The notes: generated by a model not told the origin, from the sequence alone. 64,000 nt of DNA from an uncultured bacterium (GCA_964562525.1 CAZLTL010000001.1:32950-96949), one strand, 5' to 3'. Counted from the stretch's first letter, positions 34,501 to 43,391 are shown. Numbers and translations: made by a program.

Positions 34501-36358
34501 CCGCACCACCGGCTTGATAGTTATAGCCATCTGAATAGTCACTTCCGGCAGATCCCGAATTAAGAGTCAAATTACCGGTAATCGTCGTGTTTGCTGAGGC
34601 GTTAAATCCAGCTGAGCCCCCGGTTCCCCCAGTATAATTAAGGCCAGAGCTACCGCCACTGCCTCCTTGCGCAGATAGGCTGCCCGAGATTGTCAGCGTT
34701 CCTTCATTGCCGATCAAAGCATTTCCTCCGTCAGTACCACCACTAGCCACAACATTTAAACCTGCGCCGGCATTTAAAACAGCATCCCCGCTAAATGCGG
34801 CGGTTGCGCCAGAACTTATACTTAACGAGGCATTTCCGCCGTTGAAAGTACCTGCACCATCTCCGTTATACTTCCCTTCCGAAGCGCTTAAGAGCAAACT
34901 TGTCGCACTTAAACTTGCTCCGCTTGCAATAGTCAAGCTCGCTCCACCTGCGCTCTGATCACGGCTTGACGCATAAATTCCAAGTGCCCCGGTTGTTAAA
35001 TCTCCCGAGTTAAGAGTCAGCGTCGTCCCTGTAGCAGAATAGTATGAATCACCATTTAAAATGTAGCTCCCACTTCTGATGCTGAGTGAATTGCTAGTGA
35101 TATCATTGTGCCCCACAAACTCTGTGCTTGAATAGGAGGCATAAAGTGTGAGGTCGACGACACCTGAAATCGTCCGCAAAGTCGGCCCGCTTCCGGCGAG
35201 ATCGGGGTTTTGACTTGAATAAATGGTTAGGTTATATCCTTGTCCTAGAATTGATGTTCCTTCTTGCATATAGAAAACACCATTACCATCGCACGCGCTG
35301 CCACCTTCCGAACAATCTCCATCACTATCAAGATCGGCCCCTAATATAATCGCATTACCAAGATAAATATCCGAAGTCACAATCAAATCACCGGTATCAT
35401 AAATGTTCGAGCCAATGCTTCCGCCAATTTCAGCGGCGCCGTCTAAATTGTCAAAATGAGCATTTCCACCCAGCAGGGCTCCTGAGGTTCTGAATGTGTA
35501 AGCTTTTTCACTAAATTTATTGGTATTGATCGTTCCGCTATTTTCGACTGCCCCGTTCGAAACAAATTCGACAACGCCGTCTCTCTCAACCATACGCGTC
35601 GCCTCAATAATGCCGGTATTGTTCACAAGTGTATCAAGCGTGACATTGATGTCTTTCGCGGTCAGCATTACCTTTCCGCCATTCGCTCGCAGAGTTCCGC
35701 TATTTTCAATCAAAGAATTTGCCGTACCTTCATCGACAACCAAATTGATTGATCCGTTGTTATCAAAAGAAATTGTTTGCTTCGATCCCGAACCCAGGAC
35801 AACTCGCCCAAGATTCGCTTCCAAGACGCCTTTGTTTTGAATTTGTTCAGCAAGAAAAACAATGTTCGTCGCGCTAATATTCGCCTCATTCAAAATCTTT
35901 CCAATTTCACTTCCCAATACTTTTTGAAATTCATAGTTACCGGATTGAAAGTTTTCTTTTGAAATATCAAGCGTAGAAGCAATTAATGAAGCGATATCGA
36001 TTTGTGCATTCGCGTGAAAGTTAATTCCGTTTGTGTTCACAAGAAAAACAATTCCATTTGAATAAAGCGCGCCCCAAATATCGGTAGCACTTCCACCTAA
36101 GACACGGTTTAATATGCTGCTTGTTTCGTTCGGCAAGATAAACCGCACTGATTGATCCGCACCGATTGAAAAACTATCCCAATCAATTGTGGCGTGATCA
36201 GGGGCATTGATAACAAGAATATTCGGATCCGTTGTATCCACCGTGACACCTTCACTCGCAGTCATACCGCTGGGCAATTGCTGCGCCATCACAGGCTGAA
36301 TAGCCATAAAAAAGACAAGCACCAAACTGAGTAATGATCTTATTCTTTTCAAAAACAA
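31553..36358 (-). CDS. TpsA-type exoprotein of 1601 aa: an N-terminal TPS (haemagglutination-activity) secretion domain followed by a Gly/Ser/Thr-rich beta-helical repeat region and an acidic low-complexity C-terminal tail.
   Basis: TPS-domain motifs SILNRVLGGSATDIWGALYSNGIVFLVNTNGINF. Signal peptide MFLKRIRSLLSLVLVFFMAIQPVMA, assuming a TTG start. Three tandem ~290-aa units. Confidence 0.85.
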   Translation of the reverse strand: MFLKRIRSLLSLVLVFFMAIQPVMAQQLPSGMTASEGVTVDTTDPNILVINAPDHATIDWDSFSIGADQSVRFILPNETSSILNRVLGGSATDIWGALYSNGIVFLVNTNGINFHANAQIDIASLIASTLDISKENFQSGNYEFQKVLGSEIGKILNEANISATNIVFLAEQIQNKGVLEANLGRVVLGSGSKQTISFDNNGSINLVVDEGTANSLIENSGTLRANGGKVMLTAKDINVTLDTLVNNTGIIEATRMVERDGVVEFVSNGAVENSGTINTNKFSEKAYTFRTSGALLGGNAHFDNLDGAAEIGGSIGSNIYDTGDLIVTSDIYLGNAIILGADLDSDGDCSEGGSACDGNGVFYMQEGTSILGQGYNLTIYSSQNPDLAGSGPTLRTISGVVDLTLYASYSSTEFVGHNDITSNSLSIRSGSYILNGDSYYSATGTTLTLNSGDLTTGALGIYASSRDQSAGGASLTIASGASLSATSLLLSASEGKYNGDGAGTFNGGNASLSISSGATAAFSGDAVLNAGAGLNVVASGGTDGGNALIGNEGTLTISGSLSAQGGSGGSSGLNYTGGTGGSAGFNASANTTITGNLTLNSGSAGSDYSDGYNYQAGGAGGSAVTTGEITLNGSGIQNLTTGNSASVSANLTYSGAGTLRLTDDLDMNGNLSVTSGTFNANSQTQNYGGNVSLGSGITLSNAGNAIFDKASGTQTLNSGGKIFAEVQHAGAGTLQLTGNNLTVTGAFTNSSGTYNANGLQTTVSGLTTVSGGTYTAGTGNQNLNGGLSILASSGNSGTDGQHAQDGGAAGSDGTSGVSATYTAGSGITTTTNLIIQSGSGGNGGTGGNSNGGSGGAGGAGGTGGNATLNAGDEKVRVTGNITLVASTNGSQGSDGSSFDNNAGGAGGAGGAQGVNTYTGTLLMNGSGTQNITSNSENLGSLKYSGSGTLRLVDNLDLDGDFSVTSGAFNVNSRVQNYGGNVSLGSGITMSNSGTAIFDKASGTQTLDSGGKSFAALQHSGAGTLQLTGNNLTVTGAFTNSAGNYDANGLQTTVGGLTTVSGGNYTARSGNQNLNGGLTIMAGNGTDGTSGTDAVCDINICNSGSDGSAGVNGASATYIAGSGITSVTGNLNVVAGNGGSGGTTGNSVNYMGNDYGGGLGGAGGNGGAATLDAGNEKVQVSGNITLSGGTTGAQGGNSGGAGGSAGGVTNTGTIVLNGAGTQNITSGGQVFSGIAHSGTGTLRLLDAMNVGSSFTNSAGTFNLNGFSWWMTGATFSNDGTVQLIGSETITGLTNNDTDSGTWNYTGSGSRTLKDFGANDYFNLVISGSGTFTAASDLDLNNSFTQSAGTFVAPASMNVAGDFGRTGGTFTAGTGTVTLDGSDQAISGNTTFYNLTKADATNDEASRTLSLASGNTQTVTNSLTLDGLDEDDRLVLNGAGTFDLTNAATFTGNYLSIQDGTITDNSSGLTLPLDPANSINLGGTTGWFTPPPPSNTEVTPAETANRENEIQRSLAPFVTSGGTDTNSFSGSDFSNTQFSNDQPEPQDTENSDNENTNEESGGFSESINPNAPIILSNNLFEVKQGNLQEANGMQVNGDEAELV
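32609..34390. repeat. Intragenic tandem repeat: about 2.05 copies of a ~870-bp unit (~80% nt identity) inside tpsA.
   Basis: Protein units begin GTLRLTDDLD (aa 657), GTLRLVDNLD (aa 947) and GTLRLLDAMN (aa 1239). The DNA similarity has an offset of about 860-870 nt (for example 33190 aligns with 34050). Confidence 0.8.
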
Positions 36359-36564
36359 ACGAATGCTCCCCTTTAAACTAGTTATTTAGTAAGTGTCCGG
36401 GCACAATACAAAAGTAACATCAATGCATATAAAAACAATACTTCTTATAACTTTTAATAACATTGATTAAGTCTAATTATTCCAATATGTTAGGTTAATT
36501 GACGAAAAATGACCTAAGAAGCTGTTACTGACATCTTCACCCCAGATACGGGATCTGGGATGGG

Positions 36565-37365
36565 TTAGGTTTCGAAAAAGCGCTTAAGCTCGGCGGGTAG
36601 CGGAGAGCGAAAGGAAATTTTTTCTTTCGTTACGGGATGCGTAAATTCAAGCAAACAAGCGTGCAAAGCAAGGCGGCGCAATCCAACCGTTTCAGCCATC
36701 CAGTCCTGCCAGCCATGATGAACATAATGGTCATAAATTTTCAAATCGATGTACATTTTATCGCCTGCAATCGGGCAACCGATGGATTTCAAGTGCACAC
36801 GCAATTGATGCGTTTTTCCGGTATGAGCCACAAGCCTCAAAAGACTGTATTTGCCGCGCGTTTCCAATAATTCATATTCCGTTTCAGCGCTTTTACCTTC
36901 GGGATGTGGTTCATAGATGTGGCACAATAAATCTCTGCGCCCCTTAATAGGTTCGCGAATGAATCCATGCTTTTCAGCCGGAACACCCAAAACAATCGCC
37001 TGATATTCTTTGCGGACTTTTTTATCTTGTAGCGCGGAGCCGAGTTTCCCTGCCATTTCTTCATTGCGCGCGACCATGATCAAACCGCTAGTTTCGGAAT
37101 CAAGCCTATTGGCGAGATGCATTTTCTGACCGTAATCGCGCTCAAGAAAAGAAAGTAAATTGCGCGTTTGAAAACGGCTCACGGCATGTACGGGAAAAGG
37201 CGAACCTTTGACAACGATGAGCAAATCGGCGTCTTCAAAAATGACGTCGTATTTCTCGTCCATGTAAAGATCTTCGTCTTTACGAAGCGGCGGCAAGCCC
37301 GGACGGCCTTCAGCTCTCACCCGAATCTCTTTGTTCATTTCATCCATAGAAAAAAATTGTACCAT
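36565..37365 (-). CDS. RluA-family pseudouridine synthase (second paralog).
   Basis: Catalytic motif HRLDSETSGLIMVARN. Confidence 0.8.
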   Translation of the reverse strand: MVQFFSMDEMNKEIRVRAEGRPGLPPLRKDEDLYMDEKYDVIFEDADLLIVVKGSPFPVHAVSRFQTRNLLSFLERDYGQKMHLANRLDSETSGLIMVARNEEMAGKLGSALQDKKVRKEYQAIVLGVPAEKHGFIREPIKGRRDLLCHIYEPHPEGKSAETEYELLETRGKYSLLRLVAHTGKTHQLRVHLKSIGCPIAGDKMYIDLKIYDHYVHHGWQDWMAETVGLRRLALHACLLEFTHPVTKEKISFRSPLPAELKRFFET

Positions 37366-37412
37366 GACGAACCACTAGTTTATAATTCCCGCGCAAAGCC
37401 GATAAAGGAATC

Positions 37413-37610
37413 ATGCCTGCTTTAAAAAATCATAACTCGGTCCTTTTCAACGTCTTCATGACGGCATTTTTATTTTTGATCATTTATTTAACTTTGATAT
37501 TTCCGAGTCCGATTCAAAAATCCATTTTAAACAATCTTGAAACAACAGAGCTGACTCAAATTCAAAACGGAGGCCCGCGAACAACTCCTCTTTTAAGGAA
37601 TTTACGCTAA
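37413..37610 (+). CDS. Possible small membrane protein (65 aa) overlapping the pilZ-domain gene start.
   Basis: Hydrophobic segment FNVFMTAFLFLIIYLTLIF. ATG overlaps the downstream gene. No other support. Confidence 0.2.
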   Translation: MPALKNHNSVLFNVFMTAFLFLIIYLTLIFPSPIQKSILNNLETTELTQIQNGGPRTTPLLRNLR

Positions 37611-38422
37611 TGCCCCCTCTCAAAACACAACGCGCCTGCATCCGCCTCCCTTGTGAAATCCAGGCAGAAATCAAATTTTCCGGCGGCAACTCTTTTGTAA
37701 CGAAAAAAGCAATCATCAGCAATGTCAGCACTACCGGCATTCAAATTCTCTCCCCCTCATTTGTTGCGACAGGGCAAAAACTAACCGCTTGCTTCAAGAT
37801 TCCCGGACAATCAAAGGAAACATACAACGCTGAAATCATGCGAATTGAGAGCCTTCAGGGACGCATGATCGGCCATTATCCCTACGCGCTGGGCGCGCGA
37901 TTCATCGATTTTAAACCCAAACAAGAAAAGAAAATTACAAGCTATATTACCGGAAAAATCTCATGCCGCTCTTGGAGGAACACCCTAACTTGGCTTTTCT
38001 TGTTTTTGGCAGGCTCAGAATTAGGTCGAGTTGTTGTTCACACCTATTTAAATCAAAAAGCACTCCAACCTTCAGCGTGGGAGCTGGCAGCGCCTTTTGT
38101 CTGCGCATTATTTGGGGCGGGATTCTTGCTTACCGCGGCATCGGCATTTCTAAACAGAAAAAGCTTTACGGCCTTGGGGCTTATTTTTACAAGCGCAGGA
38201 ATAATCTTGGCAACCGCGCGCGTGGCGCTCAAAGCACCGCTTCTATTTGCAAGTGAAACAGGCGCTTTTATCTGGAGCTACGAGGTTATTATCTTTGCGG
38301 TTCAGGTCATGCTGATCGTGACGCTAATTAAACTTAAAAACTACTTCAAAAAAATGGAAATGGTTCTAGCAAACGAAAAAATATCTCCCGCTTCCGGCCG
38401 CCCCACCTTTACGATTCTCTGA
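37610..38422 (+). CDS. PilZ-domain (c-di-GMP-binding) protein with a C-terminal polytopic membrane region.
   Basis: RxxxR motif (QRACIRL) followed by (D/N)xSxxG (NVSTTG). Four predicted TM helices in the C-terminal half. Confidence 0.6.
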   Translation: MPPLKTQRACIRLPCEIQAEIKFSGGNSFVTKKAIISNVSTTGIQILSPSFVATGQKLTACFKIPGQSKETYNAEIMRIESLQGRMIGHYPYALGARFIDFKPKQEKKITSYITGKISCRSWRNTLTWLFLFLAGSELGRVVVHTYLNQKALQPSAWELAAPFVCALFGAGFLLTAASAFLNRKSFTALGLIFTSAGIILATARVALKAPLLFASETGAFIWSYEVIIFAVQVMLIVTLIKLKNYFKKMEMVLANEKISPASGRPTFTIL

Positions 38423-38506
38423 TATACAGCAGATTACAAATAGCAGTTGGGCTGTTTGCCGGTTGCGTTTTACGCAGAGGCTCAAAAAGCAGCTCTGAGC
38501 AAAAAA

Positions 38507-38773
38507 TCACCGCTGGGCGGACCATTCTTCGGGAGTATGCGTACGCATGGAGAAAGCATGAACCGCTTCTTTCACCGGAGCAATCGCTTGATAAACAAGC
38601 TGATGCCGCTGCACCAATCCTAAGCCATTAAACTTAGGCGCAACGATCAGCGCCATAAAATGACCGCCATCCGCGCCATGTCCGGCGTGTCCCGCACTCT
38701 GATCAACGATTTCTACAATTTCAGCATCCGTTGCTTCGCGAATCATTTTTTGCATTTGCTCAACGATATTCAT
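38507..38773 (-). CDS. BolA-family protein.
   Basis: 88 aa with the BolA-like pattern (...MIREA....VEIVDQSAGHAGHG...). Confidence 0.65.
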   Translation of the reverse strand: MNIVEQMQKMIREATDAEIVEIVDQSAGHAGHGADGGHFMALIVAPKFNGLGLVQRHQLVYQAIAPVKEAVHAFSMRTHTPEEWSAQR

Positions 38774-38790
38774 AAAACTCCTTCTCCGGT

Positions 38791-39027
38791 CTAAAGTCCT
38801 TTATGTGTTCCATCACAAAAAGGCGCCTTCGCGCTCTTTTTGCAGTTGCACCAAGCGACCCGTTTTTTTTCGGTAACAGTTTCAATGATGGGTTTCAGCC
38901 CCGAACCGGCATGCGATCCATCACAATAGGGTTGTTTCTTGGATTGCCCACAAGCACACCAAGCATACTTTCCCGGCTCCACTTCCATCACACAAGGCTT
39001 ACGGTCATAAATAACAGGTTCTGTCAT
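38791..39027 (-). CDS. CDGSH iron-sulfur domain protein (two CDGSH motifs).
   Basis: CACGQSKKQPYCDGSH and CNCKKSAKAPFCDGTH. Confidence 0.8.
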   Translation of the reverse strand: MTEPVIYDRKPCVMEVEPGKYAWCACGQSKKQPYCDGSHAGSGLKPIIETVTEKKRVAWCNCKKSAKAPFCDGTHKGL

Positions 39028-39028
39028 T

Positions 39029-39526
39029 TTACTTTTCCTCCTTTACCGGAACAAATTTAAGCGCGGCAGAATTCATACAATATCTTTCATAAGTCGGCGG
39101 TGGTCCGTCATTAAAAACATGCCCCAAATGACTTTCACAGCGAGGGCACAAAACCTCTGTCCGCTCCATTCCGTGGCTCTTGTCTGTTTTGGTTTCAACG
39201 CGGTCTTTTCCCACGGGACAAAAAAAGCTGGGCCAACCTGTGCCTGAATCAAATTTATGCTCAGAAGAAAAAATTTCCATTCCACACGCCGCGCACACAT
39301 AACTGCCATCGCGGTGATTATTCCAGTGCTCTCCGGTAAACGCGCGCTCTGTTCCCTTTTCGCGCAAAATACGGTATTGCTCCGGCGTTAACTCCTTCTT
39401 CCATTCCGCGTCCGACTTATTCATTTTTTCAGCCATAGCCACTCCGCCAAATTGGATCACTAATAAAATAAAAAATAACCCAAAAGCCAATTTCTCGGCT
39501 TTAAAACCAAATTGATGTTTCATCAA
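39029..39526 (-). CDS. msrB: Peptide-methionine (R)-S-oxide reductase MsrB with an N-terminal signal/anchor (periplasmic-type).
   Basis: Zn-binding CxxC pairs (CAACG and CPRC) and the active-site region GWPSF...[10 protein letters not shown]. Hydrophobic leader [20 protein letters not shown]. Confidence 0.85.
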   Translation of the reverse strand: MMKHQFGFKAEKLAFGLFFILLVIQFGGVAMAEKMNKSDAEWKKELTPEQYRILREKGTERAFTGEHWNNHRDGSYVCAACGMEIFSSEHKFDSGTGWPSFFCPVGKDRVETKTDKSHGMERTEVLCPRCESHLGHVFNDGPPPTYERYCMNSAALKFVPVKEEK

Positions 39527-40995
39527 ACCTCCGCCACTTCTCGCAAAGCCTGGTTAGGCTGAGGAGCTTGAAGCGATCGCAGAAGCTTATCATGCCTTTT
39601 CTGCAAAGATGAATCATAGCGGTATTTTGGTAAATAAGTCTGATAATTGCAAAAGATAAAAAATAAAACAAAAAAGCAAAAGGAGCGCCTTAAACTCTGA
39701 AACTTTCCGCCCTGCCAATCCTGAACAAAACGATCCACAGCGCAAGACGCAAAGATAATCCAGATGGGATGAAGAGGTAAACGATAATCGGCCGTTACAA
39801 AGGTTAACATTAAGGCCAAAATATAAAAAACCGCGAGCCCTTTAAGCAAGGACACCGCCGGACGAGTATCTCTGCTTAAATACAACCAGCCCAAAAGCGC
39901 CAGAGGAGCAAGCCAGCCATAAGAAACAAGAGGTAAGCCTAAAACAAAGGAATAACGCCGCCAATATTCATAATTTTGATTATTCGCAACTTCATAAGTA
40001 TTCCATATCAGGAAAAATTTCTTCATTTCAAGCTGGATCCAACGCCAAGGGTTTTCAAAAATAGTGTCGGCTGTTTTTTTAAGCCAAAACAAATTCAGAT
40101 CTCGTATGCTCAAGGTCCGTCCAAGATCTTTCTCAGCAATTTGACGAGCATCCACGGTATGCCCCACCGCAGAAGCTCGAATCCCCTCCGCTTTTCGATA
40201 AGTTCCATTGGCTTGAGGATGATTCCCCATATAAAAATGAATTCCGGTTTCCGGAGCGGAGATTTCATGCGGCGAAACAATTCCATGAGTCCGAATCCCT
40301 GCGGACTTAAACCATTGGCTCGAAATAAAAATGACCGCGCCCGATGACATCACAAAAATAAAAACCGCAACAATCAACTTTCTTCCGCCTGACAAAGACT
40401 GATTTTTTATCAAGGTCACAATCATCCATGGCCATACCAGCAAAAGCTGCATTCGCAGCAAACACGCCGCAGCATATCCCGCGCCCGCAACAAACCAATT
40501 CAACAGCGAAGCGCCGCGCAAGCCCTGAGTCAAAGCCCAAAGAGCAAAAATCCAAAGCGAGTTAGTTAAAGAAGCTTTGATTAATATCGCATCAAAATAA
40601 ATAAACACGCCGCACAAAGCCGCCATAACGCCGGCAAACCAGCCCGCACGATTTCCAAAAAGATTCCGGCTAATTTGCTGCAACAAGCCGCAAGACAAAG
40701 CTCCCAAAAGAATCTGCGCGATTCGGGGCAATATCAGCTCATAGCCCGCCGCGAAATGAAAAAGCGACAAAAACCAAACATAAATCGGCAAAAGCCCAAC
40801 AATCGGAACTTTTCCTTCATAGACTCCCGTAGCAAATGCTCGCGCCAAAGTATCAAAATAAATTCCATCGTTTAATTGGTGTTCATAGCTGAGCAAAGGG
40901 AGCAGACAAGCGAGATGAAGCATACGAATGGCCAACGCTAGGCCCAAAACACTCCAAAACGCCGATATTTTTTTAAGACTAATAAAAAGCGACAT
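39523..40995 (-). CDS. Polytopic membrane protein, probably a GT39/GT83-like (ArnT/PMT-type) glycosyltransferase.
   Basis: 490 aa with many TM helices. The N-terminal region ([10 protein letters not shown]...[12 protein letters not shown]) resembles PMT_2-family proteins. Call made from memory. Confidence 0.45.
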   Translation of the reverse strand: MSLFISLKKISAFWSVLGLALAIRMLHLACLLPLLSYEHQLNDGIYFDTLARAFATGVYEGKVPIVGLLPIYVWFLSLFHFAAGYELILPRIAQILLGALSCGLLQQISRNLFGNRAGWFAGVMAALCGVFIYFDAILIKASLTNSLWIFALWALTQGLRGASLLNWFVAGAGYAAACLLRMQLLLVWPWMIVTLIKNQSLSGGRKLIVAVFIFVMSSGAVIFISSQWFKSAGIRTHGIVSPHEISAPETGIHFYMGNHPQANGTYRKAEGIRASAVGHTVDARQIAEKDLGRTLSIRDLNLFWLKKTADTIFENPWRWIQLEMKKFFLIWNTYEVANNQNYEYWRRYSFVLGLPLVSYGWLAPLALLGWLYLSRDTRPAVSLLKGLAVFYILALMLTFVTADYRLPLHPIWIIFASCAVDRFVQDWQGGKFQSLRRSFCFFVLFFIFCNYQTYLPKYRYDSSLQKRHDKLLRSLQAPQPNQALREVAEV

Positions 40996-41156
40996 AAACT
41001 CCTTATCGAATAGGGGTAATATACTGAATCTCTTCTTTTTGAGGTCTAAAATGTCATTTTTTCACTAATATCTTTGACCTAGCAGATTAAAACCACTTTC
41101 GTTATACTTTCCGCTCACAACCTATTAAAGAGCCTTATGTTAGATCTTAAAAAAAG

Positions 41157-41184
41157 TGTGAATAACCCCCTTGCTTCCGGCGTC
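41157..41184 (+). promoter_or_regulatory. Candidate ECF-sigma-type promoter (GAATAAC -35-like AAC element and a CGTC -10 element) upstream of the ECF sigma gene; possibly autoregulatory.
   Basis: tgtGAATAACccccttgcttccggCGTCat lies 26 nt upstream of the ATG. Confidence 0.3.
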
Positions 41185-41209
41185 ATAAACGTGCGGATGG
41201 ATTGTCTTT

Positions 41210-41770
41210 ATGCGTGAAGATCCCGACTTTAGCCTTGTTCAGCAAGCTCAGGCGGGTAATCAAGCTGCGTTTAGCACCTTATTCCGCAAGTATTACAACA
41301 TGGTTTATGCCGTTGCGTATGGTGTTCTGAACCGCCGTGAAGAGTCGCAAGATGTGACTCAGGACGTTTTAATCAAGGTTCACCGCGATATTCAAAAGTT
41401 TAAAGGCGACTCCAAGTTTAAAACTTGGCTTTACCGGGTTACGGTGAATGCGGCGATTGATTCGGTGCGTCGGCGCAAAGAGGCTGAACCGATTGAAAAT
41501 GTAGGCGATTTTTTGGCTTCAAATACGCTTGACCCAAGACGCGCCGCCTCGCAAGCCGAACTCAAAGTAAGGATGCAAGAAGCTTTGCAGAAGATTTCGG
41601 CCGAACACCGCGCCGTGCTTGTTTTGAGAGAATGGGAAAACTTGAGCTATGAAGAGATTGCTGAGACGTTGCAACTCGAGGCCGGGACTGTGATGTCACG
41701 CATTTTTTACGCTCGCAAAGCCTTGGCCAAAGTCTTAGGGATTGAGTATCAGGAAGCAGAAATAAAGTAG
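41210..41770 (+). CDS. ECF (sigma-70 family, group 4) RNA polymerase sigma factor.
   Basis: Sigma region 2 (FSTLFRKYYNMVYAVAYGVL...DVTQDVLIKVHR) and region 4 (LSYEEIAETLQLEAGTVMSRIFYARKAL). Confidence 0.85.
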   Translation: MREDPDFSLVQQAQAGNQAAFSTLFRKYYNMVYAVAYGVLNRREESQDVTQDVLIKVHRDIQKFKGDSKFKTWLYRVTVNAAIDSVRRRKEAEPIENVGDFLASNTLDPRRAASQAELKVRMQEALQKISAEHRAVLVLREWENLSYEEIAETLQLEAGTVMSRIFYARKALAKVLGIEYQEAEIK

Positions 41771-41773
41771 TTT

Positions 41774-42220
41774 ATGGATCAATTTAAAAATGTTTACAAA
41801 AATTGGATGCGTGAGGAAGTTGAAAGTGCAGAGGTGCAATCCGCGAAGGATGCCTTTTTAGCGAAGCACTTCCCTCCTAAACCGGTCACAGCGGCAGGTG
41901 CTTACTGGGGCGCGCCGGCATTCCGCCTTGCTTTAGTCGGTTGTATGGCACTTTTATTAGTGCTAAAAATTAACCCTCTTGATCACGCCACAGTTTCGAA
42001 TCCGGAAGTCGCTCAGATTTTGTCGGTTGAGTCTCAGCCGGCGGCGGTTCAAGAAGCACCTCAAGCAGCTTCTTCGATTGTTGAAGAAAGCACCGAGCCC
42101 TACCCGATACAAACCCAAATTAAAAAATTAGGCAGCCAAATGGGCGCTACCGTGGCTTATCAAAAAAGTTTTCCTGATGCTCAAATTACCGTCGTGTGGG
42201 TCTTTCCCAAGGGAGTTTAA
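41774..42220 (+). CDS. Probable cognate anti-sigma factor (single TM helix).
   Basis: Lies immediately downstream (4-nt gap) of the ECF sigma gene. Central TM helix AFRLALVGCMALLLVL. Confidence 0.45.
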   Translation: MDQFKNVYKNWMREEVESAEVQSAKDAFLAKHFPPKPVTAAGAYWGAPAFRLALVGCMALLLVLKINPLDHATVSNPEVAQILSVESQPAAVQEAPQAASSIVEESTEPYPIQTQIKKLGSQMGATVAYQKSFPDAQITVVWVFPKGV

Positions 42221-42225
42221 AAAAC

Positions 42226-42669
42226 ATGATTAAAAAACTGACTGCAACCTTTTGCCTTTTAGCCTTCCTGCTGCAGCCTTCTATTTTGCAGGCCCAAAAC
42301 AGCAACCGTATGATTGTCACTATGGTTGTTGCTTCCAATGAAGGAAGCGACTTCAACTTAGATAATGATGCTTACCGCGATAAGCTCTTGAAGCTTTTCT
42401 CTTACAGTTCCTACACTCAAAAGGACCTCAAAAAGCTGGATATGACCTTGGGTGAAACCCAAAGCTTGGATCTTCTGGAAGGATACGCGCTCCAGCTTAC
42501 TCTGAAAGAGGACAAAGGCTCCTCGATTGTGGCAAGAGCTGTCATTACGAAAAATAACAAAAGTTATATCGATACCGAGCTTTCCATAGCAAAACCTGGC
42601 GTTTTTTTTATGGGAGGCCCGACTCTGTCGACCGGGGACCTGATTCTAATTCTAGAAAATGGCTATTAA
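42226..42669 (+). CDS. Secreted protein of unknown function, third gene of the ECF cluster.
   Basis: Signal peptide MIKKLTATFCLLAFLLQPSILQA. Start set at the internal ATG. Confidence 0.5.
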   Translation: MIKKLTATFCLLAFLLQPSILQAQNSNRMIVTMVVASNEGSDFNLDNDAYRDKLLKLFSYSSYTQKDLKKLDMTLGETQSLDLLEGYALQLTLKEDKGSSIVARAVITKNNKSYIDTELSIAKPGVFFMGGPTLSTGDLILILENGY

Positions 42670-42776
42670 GCAGCAGTATTAAAAAAAATTCAAAAATTTC
42701 CTTCTAAAAACTTTTGAATACATTTAAAATGCCGCTCGTCTTAAAGACAGATAATTCCAAAATGGAGGACAATTGA

Positions 42777-43376
42777 ATGAAGAATTTTAAGAATTTGATG
42801 TTTCTTGCTTTCGCACTTGCCTTGATCGCAGGGGCTTTCTCTCCTGTTGCTCTTGCTGCCAACGAGTTGGTTGTAGCCGATTTTGATTCCGGTGATAAGC
42901 CGAACAATTTGGGTGGAGACTTTGGATCTTGGAATAAGGATCCTAACGATGACACTCAGACTGCAAGCATGTCTTTTGAAGCTGATGACGCACTCGGCAA
43001 TGCTGCCGGTTACGCTCTTAAGCTTGATTATGACGTTGATTCTCCGAATCCGGCCTATAACGGTCTTTGGATGAAGTTTAATGGTCAGAACGCAACTGAA
43101 TACAATACTTTGAACTTCTATGTTCGCGGTGAAGGTCTCAACAACTACACCAAGCGCATTAAGCTCGAAGTGAAGGACATGAACAACCGTCCTTCTCCGT
43201 ATATCGTTAGCGGTATCACGGAAACATGGCAGAAGATTTCGATTCCTTTCGAAAAATTCCGCCGTATCCAGGACTGGTCCGCTTTGAATGAATTCGTTAT
43301 CGTTTTCGACGATATCAATTCAAACCCGAAGCAGGGCACGATTTTGATCGACCAGATCACTCTTTCAAAAGAATAA
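42777..43376 (+). CDS. Secreted beta-rich domain protein of unknown function; paralog of the C-terminal domain of the gene at 56216-56986.
   Basis: Signal peptide and a GGAGGA Shine-Dalgarno. About 65% identity over ~165 aa with the other copy (ADFDSGDKPNNLGGDFGSWNKDP...YVRGEGLNNYTKRIK...VIVFDDINSNPKQGTILIDQIT). Confidence 0.7.
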   Translation: MKNFKNLMFLAFALALIAGAFSPVALAANELVVADFDSGDKPNNLGGDFGSWNKDPNDDTQTASMSFEADDALGNAAGYALKLDYDVDSPNPAYNGLWMKFNGQNATEYNTLNFYVRGEGLNNYTKRIKLEVKDMNNRPSPYIVSGITETWQKISIPFEKFRRIQDWSALNEFVIVFDDINSNPKQGTILIDQITLSKE

Positions 43377-43391
43377 TCTTCTTTTAAGATA

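Noticed and set aside
36359-36564. AT-rich 200-bp intergenic region upstream of tpsA containing the CCCAGAT-acggg-ATCTGGG hairpin.
   Set aside because: It is probably just the tpsA promoter plus a weak terminator for the upstream rluA-like gene. I saw no repeat or ORF structure there.
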